From contig NC_058369.1 of NCBI RefSeq assembly GCF_018350175.1, positions 28,274,001-28,338,000 of the forward strand: a DNA stretch of 64,000 nt, given 5' to 3'. Of the stretch, positions 12,455 through 24,439 are shown one piece after another. Position 1 is the stretch's first letter, and each line of letters begins with the position of its first letter. The translations under genes were made by a program, and so were the position numbers. The notes below the pieces were generated by a model. It was not told the DNA's origin. It saw nothing but the letters and a program-made list of their open reading frames with translations, and did no database searches. This DNA comes from Felis catus. Taxonomy: Eukaryota.

Positions 12455-12484
12455 AAATAAATAAACATTAAAAAAAATTTTTTT
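12232..12484 (+). mobile_element. CAN-SINE (SINEC_Fc2-like) with expanded (CT)n
   Basis: GGGGCGCCTGGGTGGCTCAG start; TSD AAAGAGTGATGAAAACAT on both sides; long CT run. Confidence 0.97.
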
Positions 12485-12654
12485 AAAGAGTGATGAAAAC
12501 ATTCATTAGGAGGGAGTGCTATCTGGGGTGGGTGGGATCTGCCTAGCAGGTGACTCTGCCAAATCATTGGGAACAATGCTATGCAACAAGAGTATCTTCC
12601 TTGGTGCTAATTTTAAACTCAACAAAAGTCAACAAGAAACTATTTGAATGTTGT

Positions 12655-13300
12655 CTTAACTTTTCTTTTTGATAGAAAACCTAATACATGCAAGCATAAG
12701 GTAACACGTTCAAATAGATGCTAAGCATTTCTAGTGGAAAATGAGTCTTCCTGCCACCTAGTCCTTCCAGGGATGACCACTGTTTTCCTGCATTTCAGAA
12801 ACACACTTTGCAAGTACCACATATATGTGGGTATTCCATTCTGTTAATACCACAGGAGGAAGCCCATTGTACACATAGTTCTATATCTTTCATTTCCCCC
12901 TCAATAAGGTATCTTGAAGACCATTCTCCACATTACATATACCTTACATAATTCCTTTTAACAGCACAACAGTTTTCTATTATACAGATAAACCGCAGAT
13001 CTTGACCAGTTCACTTTTGATAGATATTATGTTTCTCCCATTCCTTGAGTGATACTACAAGGAGTACTATTACTCATATGTCTTTGCCCACCTGTGAAGA
13101 TTTATCTTTAGGATAAATTTTTAGAAGGAAAATAGCAAGGGCAAAGGATACACACATTTTTATTGGAGATGTTGCCAAATTTTTCCTCCAAAGAGGTTGT
13201 AGCAATTTACACTTCTATTAATAGTATATCCTACTGCTTTGTCCCCTGCACTCTCACCAATACAGTGTATTTCTGATTGTAATTTAATTTGCCACTGAGA
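12655..13300 (-). mobile_element. Ancient LINE-1 3' region (L1ME-like)
   Basis: AGGATAAATTTTTAGAAGGAAAATAGC...TTGCCAAATT...GGTTGTAGCAATTTACACTTC...CACTCTCACCAATACAG, typical of an antisense L1 3' end. Confidence 0.7.
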
Positions 13301-14194
13301 CTTCTTACTGGAGAAAGTGCTGACCAGATAACATGAATAGAAGTTGGCAGCTATATTTCTCCTGGAGAATGAACACATTGGCATTCTAATTTATCATCTT
13401 CTCATGAGTTAGGTAAGTAAGAGTCCCTGGCCTTGACCCTCCTCAACTCTGGATGAATGTAGAAACTTGAGTTTCTGGACTTGCAGACCCAGGTAAACAG
13501 TGATGCAGGAAGAAATTACATATCTATAAGGCTATTGAAAGGAGTCTTCTGCTAACTTTCTCTTTGCACATTTGGACATAAATCACAAAAATAGAATATC
13601 TCTTCTAATCAGTCAATTATCTAAGATTTAAGTACATGCAGAACATTTTTTAAATGACTAGGAATGAAGTTTCGTTGCAGAAATATGCAAGAGGGGAGGT
13701 ACCCTGTTGGATGCTGTGGACCAAACCTCCTTATCAGACAACAAGAATCTAGTTCAAACACAATCTACCTACAGACTCAACGCTTTGCTCCATGGGTTCA
13801 ACGTTAATAAGAATTCATACGATCGATGTTGTCACTATTGTCACCACAGAAAATCAGAAGCTCTCTTCACCCATCATCTCTACACTCCACCTTCAGGGAA
13901 TAACAGACAATATGCTGTTTCTTCCAGTAATTCTCAGGATGGTATCGATTTATCATTCTTCACAGAGTCCATGCACTTAGGAGGAAACAGGGTGTAATAT
14001 ATATGCACTTTCAGAAAACTGCTTTAATGTTGTAAATAATATCCCAAACCATTAATGAGCCTCTCAGAGGCGTCTGCTTTGCAATACAGAATTACTTAAG
14101 CACTGGAAATCCAATCTACAAATATTTATTTTGCACCTTCTATGCACATGCCTGAAATTTTTATCCCATATGTAAAATAAGTCCCTCTGGAAAA

Positions 14195-14460
14195 ATACAT
14201 TAATTCAACACATATTTGCTGAGCATTTACTCTATGCTAGGCACTGAGCCAGCACCATAGCTCCCAAAGGGAGGAAGACAAAGACCCTGCCCTCCAGTTA
14301 GAAACAGCCAGATAGAAGATATAGCCAAGTTGACAGATTGTTGAGAGTGTAGGATCAGAGAAAGAGGGCTGCTAATCAAACCTTGAGGGAACAAGGGAAG
14401 GCTTCCCGGAGGAGGCAATCTAATATGATTTCCAATTAGGATTCGGCCAAGGGAAAGAAT
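14195..14460 (-). mobile_element. L2 3' fragment
   Basis: ATTCAACACATATTTGCTGAGCATTTACTCTATGCTAGGCACTG...GACCCTGCCCTC. Confidence 0.75.
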
Positions 14461-14837
14461 GGACAGAATCAGGGAAATACTATCCCTTACTCACATAAAC
14501 TCCATGAAAGTCAACAATGGAACAGTATCCATTTGAAACATCATGAACCAGGGCTCAAATATGTGCAGCCCTCATGATATACAACAAATGTCTAAAAAGC
14601 TTTCTGAAAGTCTATGGCCCCTAAGAAGAATAAAAGAAAAGCTTACACCACACACTGACTCAAACGAAAGCATATTTTTCCATTACAAACACTATATGTT
14701 TTCACCAAGTCTGAAAAAATCGAATGGACATTTTATGAACTCTAGAAGAATTTGTTCCCTAATTCCCTCCTTAAACTGCAGCATGAACCTCTGGTTTTGA
14801 GGCCCACCTTCTCTGCACCTAAAACTTTCAAAACCTA

Positions 14838-15019
14838 GAGGCAACTAGGTCATGATCTCATGGTTTGTGAGTTAGCCCCACGTTGGGATCCATGCTGGCA
14901 GTGTGGAGCCTGTTTGGGATTCTTTCTCTCGCTCTTCCTCTCTCTCTGTCCCTTCCCTACTCATGCGTGCACTCTCTCTCTCTCCCTCTCTGTCTCGAAA
15001 GTATTTTTTAAAGTTAAAA
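14838..15019 (+). mobile_element. Older CAN-SINE with internal 5' deletion
   Basis: TSD TAAAACTTTCAAA(A/G)CCTA; head jumps directly to GGTCATGATCTC. Confidence 0.9.
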
Positions 15020-15983
15020 TAAAACTTTCAAAGCCTAATTAGAGATAGTCATAGAGAAAGAAGATGGGCTTGATGGACTTAGATGTATTTTCCTTCACTG
15101 CTGTACATATTATTTTGACAGCAAGGGAGCCTAAAGTTGGAACTCATTCCAAGCAAACTCCCCAAAGAATATCAATGAGGAAGAACAGCCACTGAGCTGG
15201 GCAAATCCACTTGCAACAAACTTTCATACGCACATAAGTAGTGTATGAAGTTTAATCCTTACAGGGAAACAATTCAAAACCCAGGTACACATAACTGGGC
15301 CTCCCCACATCCTGGGGTACTAACAGTAGTAGCTATTCAATGGGCTATGCTAGGAAGCAAGATGAAAATGGCAAACAGGAAAATAAAATGAGCCTGCTGA
15401 GGTTCATTCTTTAGCTTGTTCATTCAAGTACACTGCAGAAGGGATGTTCCATAAAGAAACACTCTCACTTGTGCTGTTGGCAGAAGAACTGCCTGACTCT
15501 CTCTAACACTGGACACTTCCAAGGGCCCCAAATCATGCGGCTTTGGGAGAAGACAGAGTTTGGGGTGGACAGAGGTTGGACAGGAACATTCACTGCTACC
15601 ATATTGAAGTGATTTAAGAGGAATCCATCTGAGTTGCGACAGTCACTCTGGTTACATGGTCGATGTGCCAATCAGAATAGCTTCTAATATGCTCTTTTCA
15701 AAATTTAAGGGGAAAAAGAGGAAAGGAAAATTAGATTTCAAATCTGCCCTTTAATGAAAGGTTGTTAAAATGATTTATCTTAACTAAGTGACCTTCAAAT
15801 TAGAAGCTGTATGCATTCTTACTCTACATGCATTCTGAACTCTACATATCTTATCAAAATTAGATAGAAAAATATTTTTACACATACAAGAATATATTTA
15901 ATGTTACATATCTTACAGATATACCATGTATCTGTGACACAATAATCTACTGGAAGGCTGAAGGTAATGCAAAGAAAGAAAAA

Positions 15984-15986
<3 letters not shown>

Positions 15987-16022
<36 letters not shown>

Positions 16023-16054
16023 GCCTATTAGCTACAAATCAGGTATAACTATAT

Positions 16055-16096
<42 letters not shown>
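15987..16096. repeat. Two (TA)n microsatellites
   Basis: TA runs at about 15987-16019 and 16059-16096. Confidence 0.95.
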
Positions 16097-16098
<2 letters not shown>

Positions 16099-16109
16099 CA
16101 TAAACACAC

Positions 16110-16500
16110 AGAGAGACACATCAAAATAACAGTGACTTAAACAGACATGGTTTCATAATCCCACATGAACCTGGGGACCAGAGACCAGAACTGGTCTGGC
16201 CACTAGCTCTGCAGTCATCTAAAACCCAGGCTACTTTCAGACTTCTGTTATGGCACCCCTAGAGTATGGTCCTTATTCTCATGGTCCATGATGGCACTCC
16301 TGCCATCCTACCCACTGTCTAGACAGCAGGATAGGGGCAAGGCAGGCATCCAACTTTTAAGGACATGCTCTAATTTTTGCACATACTTCTCTTCATTCCC
16401 ATTGGCCAGAATTTAGTTACACATCTAAGAAGAAAGGTGGGTTGAAAATGTAGTCTTCATTCTAGGCAGGTAGGTAGGCTTACAGAAGCAGTAGAGCTGG
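16110..16500 (-). mobile_element. MLT1-type (ERVL-MaLR) solo LTR, degraded
   Basis: AAAATAACAGTGACTTAAAC...CCCATTGGCCAGAATTTAGTTACAC...GAAAATGTAGTCTT. Confidence 0.7.
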
Positions 16501-18061
16501 ATTATTTAAGAAAGGAAAGTATCACACATAGAAGGAGAATAGCCTGAATCTGATAAGAGTGAAGAAAGGTTCCCAAAGGGGACTCCCAGCAATGGCAGTC
16601 CTCAGCGTGGGCCCTATATACATGCCTGAGGTTCAGTATCACCCTGGTGGCTGCAGCACATGTCCCAGTGGCTGTGTGTGGCATGAAAGAAGTAAACTAC
16701 AGCAATAGCAAATCCTGACTCTGAATTGATGGTTCTGTTCAGACTAGGACAATAAGCAGCTTGTCTGTCACGTGGGTGTTCTGATGACCAGAGCATTTCT
16801 CCAAGTTCTGGGGGACATGTAAGCATTCAACAATGGGCAGTGCCTGCATGTTTTCATTTAAACTAGGATACACACTTGAATTGTTCCTTTAGCGATAATC
16901 TACAGTTGGTTGAATGTAGTCATACTCACTCGGCACCCTTGAGACCGTAAGCAAGACTGTTCTTGATCAGAAATAGGGACAGGAAACCATATTTTGTCCT
17001 CATGGTACCAACTTGCACATGGAAAGTATTGCTTTGGATTGATATTAACATTACAATATTATAAACAGCAGCATTAACCCAGGTGATGTGACACTACTCT
17101 ATAATAATTTTCCCTGGCACAGTATTTTACGCATGCACGCATATTACTGAAGAAAAGCGTTGGGAGTTTCCACCAGAATAACAGACCTGAAATTAGTGCT
17201 GAAAAACATTCACAGCCAGGATTTCACTTCCCACCCCCTGGTTATCTATTTTAGCTTTCTACATCGGCAACTTTTAATTTTTGCTGCTCAATGAAAATGA
17301 TAAATAGCTTAGTGATTTTAAAAAATACTCTTGAAATCCATTACCAGCTCAGCGTTAACTGAAAATGAATGCCATCTCCAATCATCTGACACAACGTGTG
17401 ACTTTCTGTTACTCCATCCTACTGACATCTCCTATGAACAAAGCAGAGGGATATTGAAGTACATCTCTTTTAAAGGGAGACTGCCCTTTCTGTGAGCTGA
17501 CATCTCTCTAGAATGAACAACTCACAGCCAGCCAACGTGCAAAACCCTTCTCCCTGGTGCCACATTCTTAGGTAGGTCAGAAAGTCAATCAAATTCTACT
17601 TCACAAATAAAACTAATTCCTATAATATGAGATGGGAGGCCACATTAATATTTCTAAGACCAAATATTCTCCCTCAAGTAATATAAATTTATAGCTATGA
17701 CTTTTCCCAATGCTCTATTGACTGTTCATGGTATATGAAAGTAATTAGGCTTCTCTGAAAGCCATAGCTGCATTGAGAACTATATTTGAGTAAACACAAA
17801 AGAAAAGCATTCTGAGTGTTACTTTTAATGTTTCCATAAAAGTTAACATCTATAAAAATATTGCTTCCAGTTTTCGGTATAGAAGCCAGCCCCCTTAGGG
17901 TCTGAAAGGGGACTGTGGAAACACAGTGTGCTGGCACGCTGCCATGTGGAATAGTGCAGAATTCTGTTACAACTCAGCTCTGGCCGGGCCACACGTCAAA
18001 GCGTGTCCTGCAAAATATGGTACATACATACAGGGGAAACGGCCTCCGTCACTTTAGTTCA

Positions 18062-18524
18062 TGAGAGACTTAATATGCAAGGGATGGTGGTCAGATCATA
18101 TACAAAACATAGAACTCTGACCCACAATCTCCAGCAACCAGTCCAAGAAGCCAAACCACAATCTCTGAAGCAATTGGTCCTAAGTGGTCGGTACTTTATC
18201 AATAACTGCCAATTTCCCCCATTTTTTCCCCTGGCTCTTTGGAGCAACCAGAGAAAGCTAAATTTGCTCTCCTCACCAACCCCATAGGATGTCCGGCTTC
18301 CAGATGGCCTGGCTCCAGCTTTCCCATTGCCAACAAGCTCTAGTAATGGCATACCAGAATCCTTCCCGCTTTGCCTCTATAAAGCTGCCACTCCCATTTG
18401 CCACTCCACTACCTTTGAGTCTCTGCCAAATGCAAGCAATGGTGACTGACTCTCTTTGCTTTAGAAACTGTGAATAGTTACCTGTTGCATTTTCTTATTA
18501 TGGTGGCTTTTTTTTATTTGCACA
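18062..18524 (+). mobile_element. ERV1 solo LTR (MER110-like)
   Basis: TG...CA ends; AGAACTCTGACCCACAA, ACCAGAGAAAGCTAAAT, TATAAAGCT, CTTTGAGTCTCTGCCAAA match the recalled consensus. Confidence 0.7.
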
Positions 18525-19389
18525 GCCGGTTCCCCCTGATGGCTCTGCCTGCCTAGACCTGCTCAGTTTTCTCCTCCCATTGTCCATTGTGCAGATTCTT
18601 CACTCTTCCCTGCTGCATTGGGCAGTCTTCCTGCAGGTGAAGTGCTCTTCCTCTATTCTTCCAACTGTATTCTTTTTTCAGTGTCTCTCCTCCTCCTTCC
18701 TAGACCTTTCGTTGAACTCTATCATGCCCTTGGTCCCACACACACCACTAGGACAGCAGGGGAAAAGTCATAGGGCATCCACTGGGCTAAGCAGAGTCAG
18801 GCTACTCTGAGGACAGGGTATGAAAAATCAAGACCTTGGCCTAGCCAAGAAAAGGGATCATTACAGATTGATTTACCTGCCTTAAAATTTGAGCCCAAAC
18901 TGGGCAGTTAGTATCTGGAAGCTAAGACAACAAAGAAAAAAGCCAGGAGCCAAGAGCAACCACCATTTGAGGGGTCAGAAGTGGCCAGCATCAAGAAAGT
19001 GGACAAAGGTAAGCAAAGAGGAGAGGAATCAGAGGATCCCTCAGTAAGGAGATTAAGCCAAGGACACCATGTTAACCATTGTTTTCTTTATACTGAGCTC
19101 GGGCAAAACTCACCGAGCCATGCCTTCAAGGAAAAGAATGTGGAAGGTCACCAAGTATTTCTGTCCAAAATGTATGTCCCTTTGCAACAGTCTATAGTTA
19201 AGCATTTGAATCCCACATAAAGTATAATAAAACACTTCTCACCAGCTTCCTCCTCTATGGCTCAGAAAACTCTTTTCTTTCCATTTGTCTTCAACCTCCC
19301 CTTTGCTATTGATTCCTCTACTAATTCTTATGTTTCTTTCTCACAAATAAAAGTCTGCTCAACCATGTTACACTCTCAAAGTACCAACT

Positions 19390-19965
19390 TTGTTTTCTCC
19401 TGTCATTAACCACAAAAGCTCCTGAAAGAATCTTCTGAATACCCGGTCTTTGCTGTCTCCTCAGCCAAATACAAAGTTGGTTTCTTCCCTTTGCCATTCT
19501 AATAGAATGGCTGGCCAAGGTCACTAATGATGGCCTCAGGCAAAACCTGATGGCTTCCTTCAGTCCTCATGGGCCACCTGCTCTCCTGGTGGTTGACTTT
19601 CTGCAACCTTGGCTTTTCCAGCCTCCACTCTCCTTCAGGACCACCTTTTTGCAGCTCAGCTATTAATTTTGCAGTCTTGCCCATTCCCCTTTTCCCCATC
19701 CTTCAGTCTCCTCTGCTGTGGAAATTTGACCTGGTCTCCAAAATCCACACCAGTTTCCTCACAGATCTGAGGAAACAGACAAGATTAAGTCTTCTTTTGC
19801 TGTTCTTGGTATTTGAATTACTCCTGCAGCAGCTTCCTGTGCAGTTTCATAGTAAGATAATCTAAGTGTTCTAGTTCTCCCTTAGTCTGTAAGCTCCTTG
19901 AAGGCAAAGATTCCATCTTATCTATCTTTGAATCTCCAGATCTAAGAATAAAACTGAACAAAAAA
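19390..19965 (+). mobile_element. L2 fragments
   Basis: CAAGGTCACTAATGA...CTTCAGTCCTCAT, and 3' end CTGTAAGCTCCTTGAAGGCAAAGA. Confidence 0.6.
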
Positions 19966-20624
19966 CAGGTATGGGCTCTGGAGTCTGGCCACCTACAGAG
20001 TGAGCATGAGGATGGTTTCTACCTCACAGCACAATGCCCAGCATGCTGGCTGTTATCATCATCATCAAGATATGATAGTTAAATCTGACTGAATCTAATA
20101 ATATGAAGGCAGGTGTGAGTATTGTTCCCCTGTGAATCTTCTGTTGTATTTGATTTCAAGTATTTCAGTAAAAATAAAAATGTGTTTTTAATGATCTGGA
20201 AGATAACAGAAATCAAATTTATCAGAGATTTCTGATGTTCTCAGTTTTGTACAAACAGAACTATATCTTAAATTATTTTATACAGCCCCATTTCTGCCTC
20301 ATTTCCTGTAGAACCATAGTATGTCTATGTATTCTGGAAGGAAAGGGGAAGAAATATTTTAAAAATCAGAGAAAAATAGGAAAAGTGCACAGAAATTAGG
20401 CAAAGTCAACTGCAGACAACACTGATGTGGGGGAAAAGATAGGGCAAGATTTTTCTCACAACCCTGTATCCCAGGGCCCTGCACACTTTCACTGACTTCC
20501 AAAACAATGGCATAGCTTCTGTTATAAAATTATTTTTATGGCAGCTAAGAGGCATTCAATATTTAATTTATATTAAATTATAAAATATTATAACATGTAT
20601 ATATATATATAACATTATAACATA

Positions 20625-20770
20625 TATAGGAGAGTGACAGTATTATTTTATAGGCAAGAAACCTGGGCTCATAGAGGTCCAATAACTTCACGAAAGTTTT
20701 GCATTCACAAAGCAGCAAAAGCAGCATCTGAACTCTGGTCTTTCAAACGCAAGGGCCCTTACCCACTTTT
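20625..20770 (-). mobile_element. MIR fragment
   Basis: ATTTTTATAGGCAAGAAACCTGGGCTCATAGAGG...ATCTGAACTCTGGTCT. Confidence 0.6.
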
Positions 20771-21839
20771 AGTCATATCTACACCACCTTTCCAAAAGAG
20801 TCACATGAGGAAATAATCACTGCCCAAAGAAATTATCCAGCTTTTCCTCCATGATAAATGTGCTGTCAGGTATTAGGAGGATCCAAGCAAAGTGTAAGCC
20901 TATAAGTCCTCAGTTTCCAACACCAAGAAAAGGGCAGGGAATTAAGACTGTTAAGAATTCGCATTTAAGGGTAACTCTTAGGTCCCTCTTCTAGTGAAGT
21001 CTGAATGGAAGCTAACAAAAACTGAGGTTATCAACTAATATGGCCCCTATCTTGAAGTCCCGAAGGAGCAGGCAGGCTATGCAATTTGTGTGTGAAGAAA
21101 CTAAAACAGCCAAGAGACATTGGGCAAAGAACCCTAGTCTTGTAGCCGAGAGAGAGGCAATAAGCAACAACACTGGATTGCCAGATACCCAGAAAGAAGG
21201 AATACAGAAGAGGTTCAGTACAAAGGAGTGTTGAGAGCTGTTGCTATCGGGAGGGCTTCATAGAGAAACTGGCATCAGAGCTCAGGATGTTTAGATCATA
21301 TCCTTTCATCTCAAAATTGTAAAACAAGTCTGAAAAAACGTACCGTGGTAAGTACCTCCCACCCGATGTACACTGCGGAAATATAATTCCAGCATTCATA
21401 CTGCAGAACACACAGGAACGTAATATTCAGAAACAAGTAGATGATTTTTAAACTAATTAAAGAAAGGACATTTTCTAGATTAATGGAGAGCAATTGAGGA
21501 GATGTGTTCTTTGCTTAGAAATCCCAGAAATAATTGTCAGCATGAAAGGTAACCATCAAGCAAAATGTCGACAATTTTTCAGGTTGTTTTTTCTCTCTCC
21601 TCTCAGACTTATTAATAAACTTACCACATTTTGGTTAAAATATTCGTTCACAGGGAATATTAATTTACCCAAAACGAATAGGATTATAATATTTAAACGT
21701 GTATTTTGCCAACAGAAATTAATTTGGGTTGAGTTTTTAGCATACATAATTCCACTGGGCAACGAAAGTCACTTAATCTTCCATGTTGTCACAAGAGCAA
21801 AGAAAAGCAACTGCATTTTAAATGTTTAATTAGAAGCAA

Positions 21840-22320
21840 AATCAAGTTTATGTAATGATATACCACACTGCTAGCAAGTAATAAAGATAAACATCTTTGC
21901 ACATTATCAACATTGAGAAACACCGTCAAATATCACTTTGCTTACAGATGGCAGAAAGAAACTTCTACAGTATTAAATGGCTTTTCAGATTCGACTTCTG
22001 AGTTTGCTGTTGTTCTTTCCCCAAGAACTTGTGGTTGGGATAATGTGAGGCATTAGAGTTCTGACAGTGACATTTCCTTGTAATTGAGAGAAGTTTGTGA
22101 AGTTCAGCCATGATTGTGTTTGCCTTTAGCAAACACACCGTTCACATTTTGAGAAAAACTGCTGATGTAGCTCTAATGAAACTGTTCCAGCCTTGCCAAA
22201 TCACCGACAGATGTGCTTGTCTGCCAAGGGATTTCCCTCGGAATGTTCTAATTTTCTTCTATCTGTTTAGAGAAAGTTCATTTAAAATCTGTTAAAATGT
22301 ATTAATGTGCAGTGTTGCAT
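21840..22320. promoter_or_regulatory. Candidate enhancer (NF-kB/RUNX/FOX/NFI motifs)
   Basis: GGGATTTCCC at 22228, TGTGGTT at 22030, inverted TGTGTTTGC/GCAAACACA at 22115-22137, TGCCAA half-sites. Motif evidence only. Confidence 0.35.
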
Positions 22321-23115
22321 TATAGCTTGCTGTGGGCATCCTGGCAAAAGAGAAGTTATATGCAGACTGGCACTGGGGCATCTACCAGAAACTTAAGAGA
22401 TCCATCTAAAGCAGAAGGCTTCCCTGCCCCCAGCCTTCCAGGAGGGAAGCCTCATCCAGTCCACAGAGCTTATGCTGCAGAATCTCATAGAGTGTTAGAA
22501 CAGAAAAGGGCTCATCTGTTCCTCCACACCCATTTAAAAATATGTTGTTGCCACTGCATTCTAGGGAGATTAGCTGACTTGTCCACAGTCACAAGGTCTG
22601 TTGTCCAGTGACCATGCAGTCACCTGCAAACACCAGTTTTATTAAGAAAACAAAAGGTAGTTTTTACCTGTTAGTTTTGTACAAAGTATGAGGCTCAAAG
22701 ATAAGCTCCTTTGAGTATGGAGCTAAAACTTTTATTTATTACCGAATCAATGTTTCTACAGTTCCTATGGTGATGATACAGGAATCTAATTTTGGAAACT
22801 TCATTAGAGTTACAAACTTAACCATTACAGGGAGGATTAATGCAGCTTTCTTTAGTGAATTAAAATGGACTTATGGGTGTTGGTACAAGTGTAGACAATA
22901 ACACAATGACTGTACCTCCAAGGAAATAAAATGTTTAATTCTTCAGTTAAAAAAGCCCAGTATTTTTCTCTTCTTTTCAAATGAATGCAATGCTCAAGTC
23001 TGAATGCAACTGGTACACACACCCATTCCTGGATCAGTGTGAATGCCCATCTACCGACTGCAAAGTATAATGAACAACTATTGTTCTTGCCTATCTAAAC
23101 TCCTGTCCTTCAGGG

Positions 23116-23328
23116 CAGGATTTCTCCCCCTCAGTGCTATTGCCATTTGGATCAGATACTTCTCTGTTGTGGAGTGTTGTCTGTGCATCGTAGATATTTA
23201 TGTCTTCTACCCACTAGATGCCAGTAGTATTGCCTCCCCCGTTTTAACAACCACAATGTCTCCAGACATTGCTAATGGTCTCTGGGTGGCGGTGGGGAGG
23301 ACGAACCACCCCCTGGTGAGAACCACTG
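23116..23328. mobile_element. MER20 hAT-Charlie MITE
   Basis: CTACCCACTAGATGCCAGTAG...AATGTCTCCAGACATTGC...GGTGAGAACCACTG. Confidence 0.9.
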
Positions 23329-23667
23329 CTCTAAGAGCCCTTTCCTGCTGCACTGTGGGGGCTGCCATTCACATCATGGGCCCCGTGGATACTCAGAGTG
23401 CAGTAACTTCACAGCCAGCACCCTCCCAATGTCCACCAGTCTGTCCTGCTGAGGGCACCGGATGCCAGCTCTTCTTCCCCAGGATTTATTCTTTCATTCC
23501 ATATACTACCCAGCATCCTCTCAAGTCTCACTTTTTCCCCCCTGCCTAAGTTGTTCAAAATACACAACTGCTTACAACTAAGGAAATCTATCTGATAAAA
23601 AGCTAAGCAGAAAATAGTCAATACAAGAATCCCCCCTCCTTTTTTTCCTCTTCTCTCTTTTTTTTAT

Positions 23668-23795
23668 TGTACTATATGAGAAAATGGATATTAGGTGAAA
23701 CTATTACAGTAATCCTTTTACAATATATGTAAATCAAACCATCATGCTGTATGCATTAAACATATGTATGTCAATTATTTCAATAAAAATGGAAA
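23668..23795 (+). mobile_element. LINE-1 extreme 3' fragment (L1MA-like)
   Basis: ACAATATATGTAAATCAAACCATCATGCTGTA...ATGTCAATTATTTCAATAAAAATGGAAA. Confidence 0.75.
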
Positions 23796-23945
23796 CGAAT
23801 GCAAAATAATATTATTTTCATTCGTGTTGGTAAAAAATAACTTTAATACATTTGTTATATATTAATAGTACAATGAGGCAGAGGTTTAGAATAACACACC
23901 CCCAATCACTCACAAAAAAATAGCAAGGAAATGATAAGCATTTTT

Positions 23946-24145
23946 TTAATTAATTTATTTATTTTGAGAGAGAGACAGCACTAGTGAAGAAGGGGCAGAG
24001 AGAGAAAGAGAGAGAGAATCCCAAGCAGGCCATTCACTGTCAGTGCAGAGACTGATGCGGGGCTTGACCTCACAAACCATGAGATCATGACTTGAGCTGA
24101 AATCAAGAGTTAGATACATAACCAACTGAGCCACTTGGGCACCCC
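23946..24145 (-). mobile_element. CAN-SINE (older subfamily)
   Basis: Reverse complement starts GGGGTGCCCAAGTGGCTCAG; flanked by ATGATAAGCATTTTT. Confidence 0.95.
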
Positions 24146-24158
24146 ATGATAAGCATTT

Positions 24159-24160
<2 letters not shown>

Positions 24161-24205
<45 letters not shown>

Positions 24206-24439
24206 CTATTTTTTAATGTTTATTTGTTTTCAAGAGAAGAGAGAGAGGGAGAGAGAGAGAGAGCATGTGCCAGCATGGGAAGGGCAGAGAGAGAGAGGGA
24301 GACACAGAATCAAAGCAGGCTCCAGGCTCTGAGCTGTCTTCACAGAGCCCGATGCAAGGCTCAAACTCACGAGTGTTGAGATCATGACCTGAGTCAAAGT
24401 TGGATGCTTAATCGACTGAGCCACCCAGACACCTCGCCC
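24161..24439 (-). mobile_element. CAN-SINE (SINEC_Fc2-like) with (ATTT)n tail
   Basis: GCAGGCTCCAGGCTCTGAGCTGTC body; flanked by TGATAAGCATTTTT. Confidence 0.95.

Noticed and set aside
14525..14620. Minus-strand AIDFQKAF*...FKWI resembles a CR1/L1 reverse-transcriptase motif
   Set aside because: Only about 8 codons with a stop, and an upstream TNLLEF-like match is at the wrong distance; would need a profile-HMM hit
23043..23549. 168-aa ORF, the longest in the track
   Set aside because: The middle part is MER20 sequence; no homology or splice support
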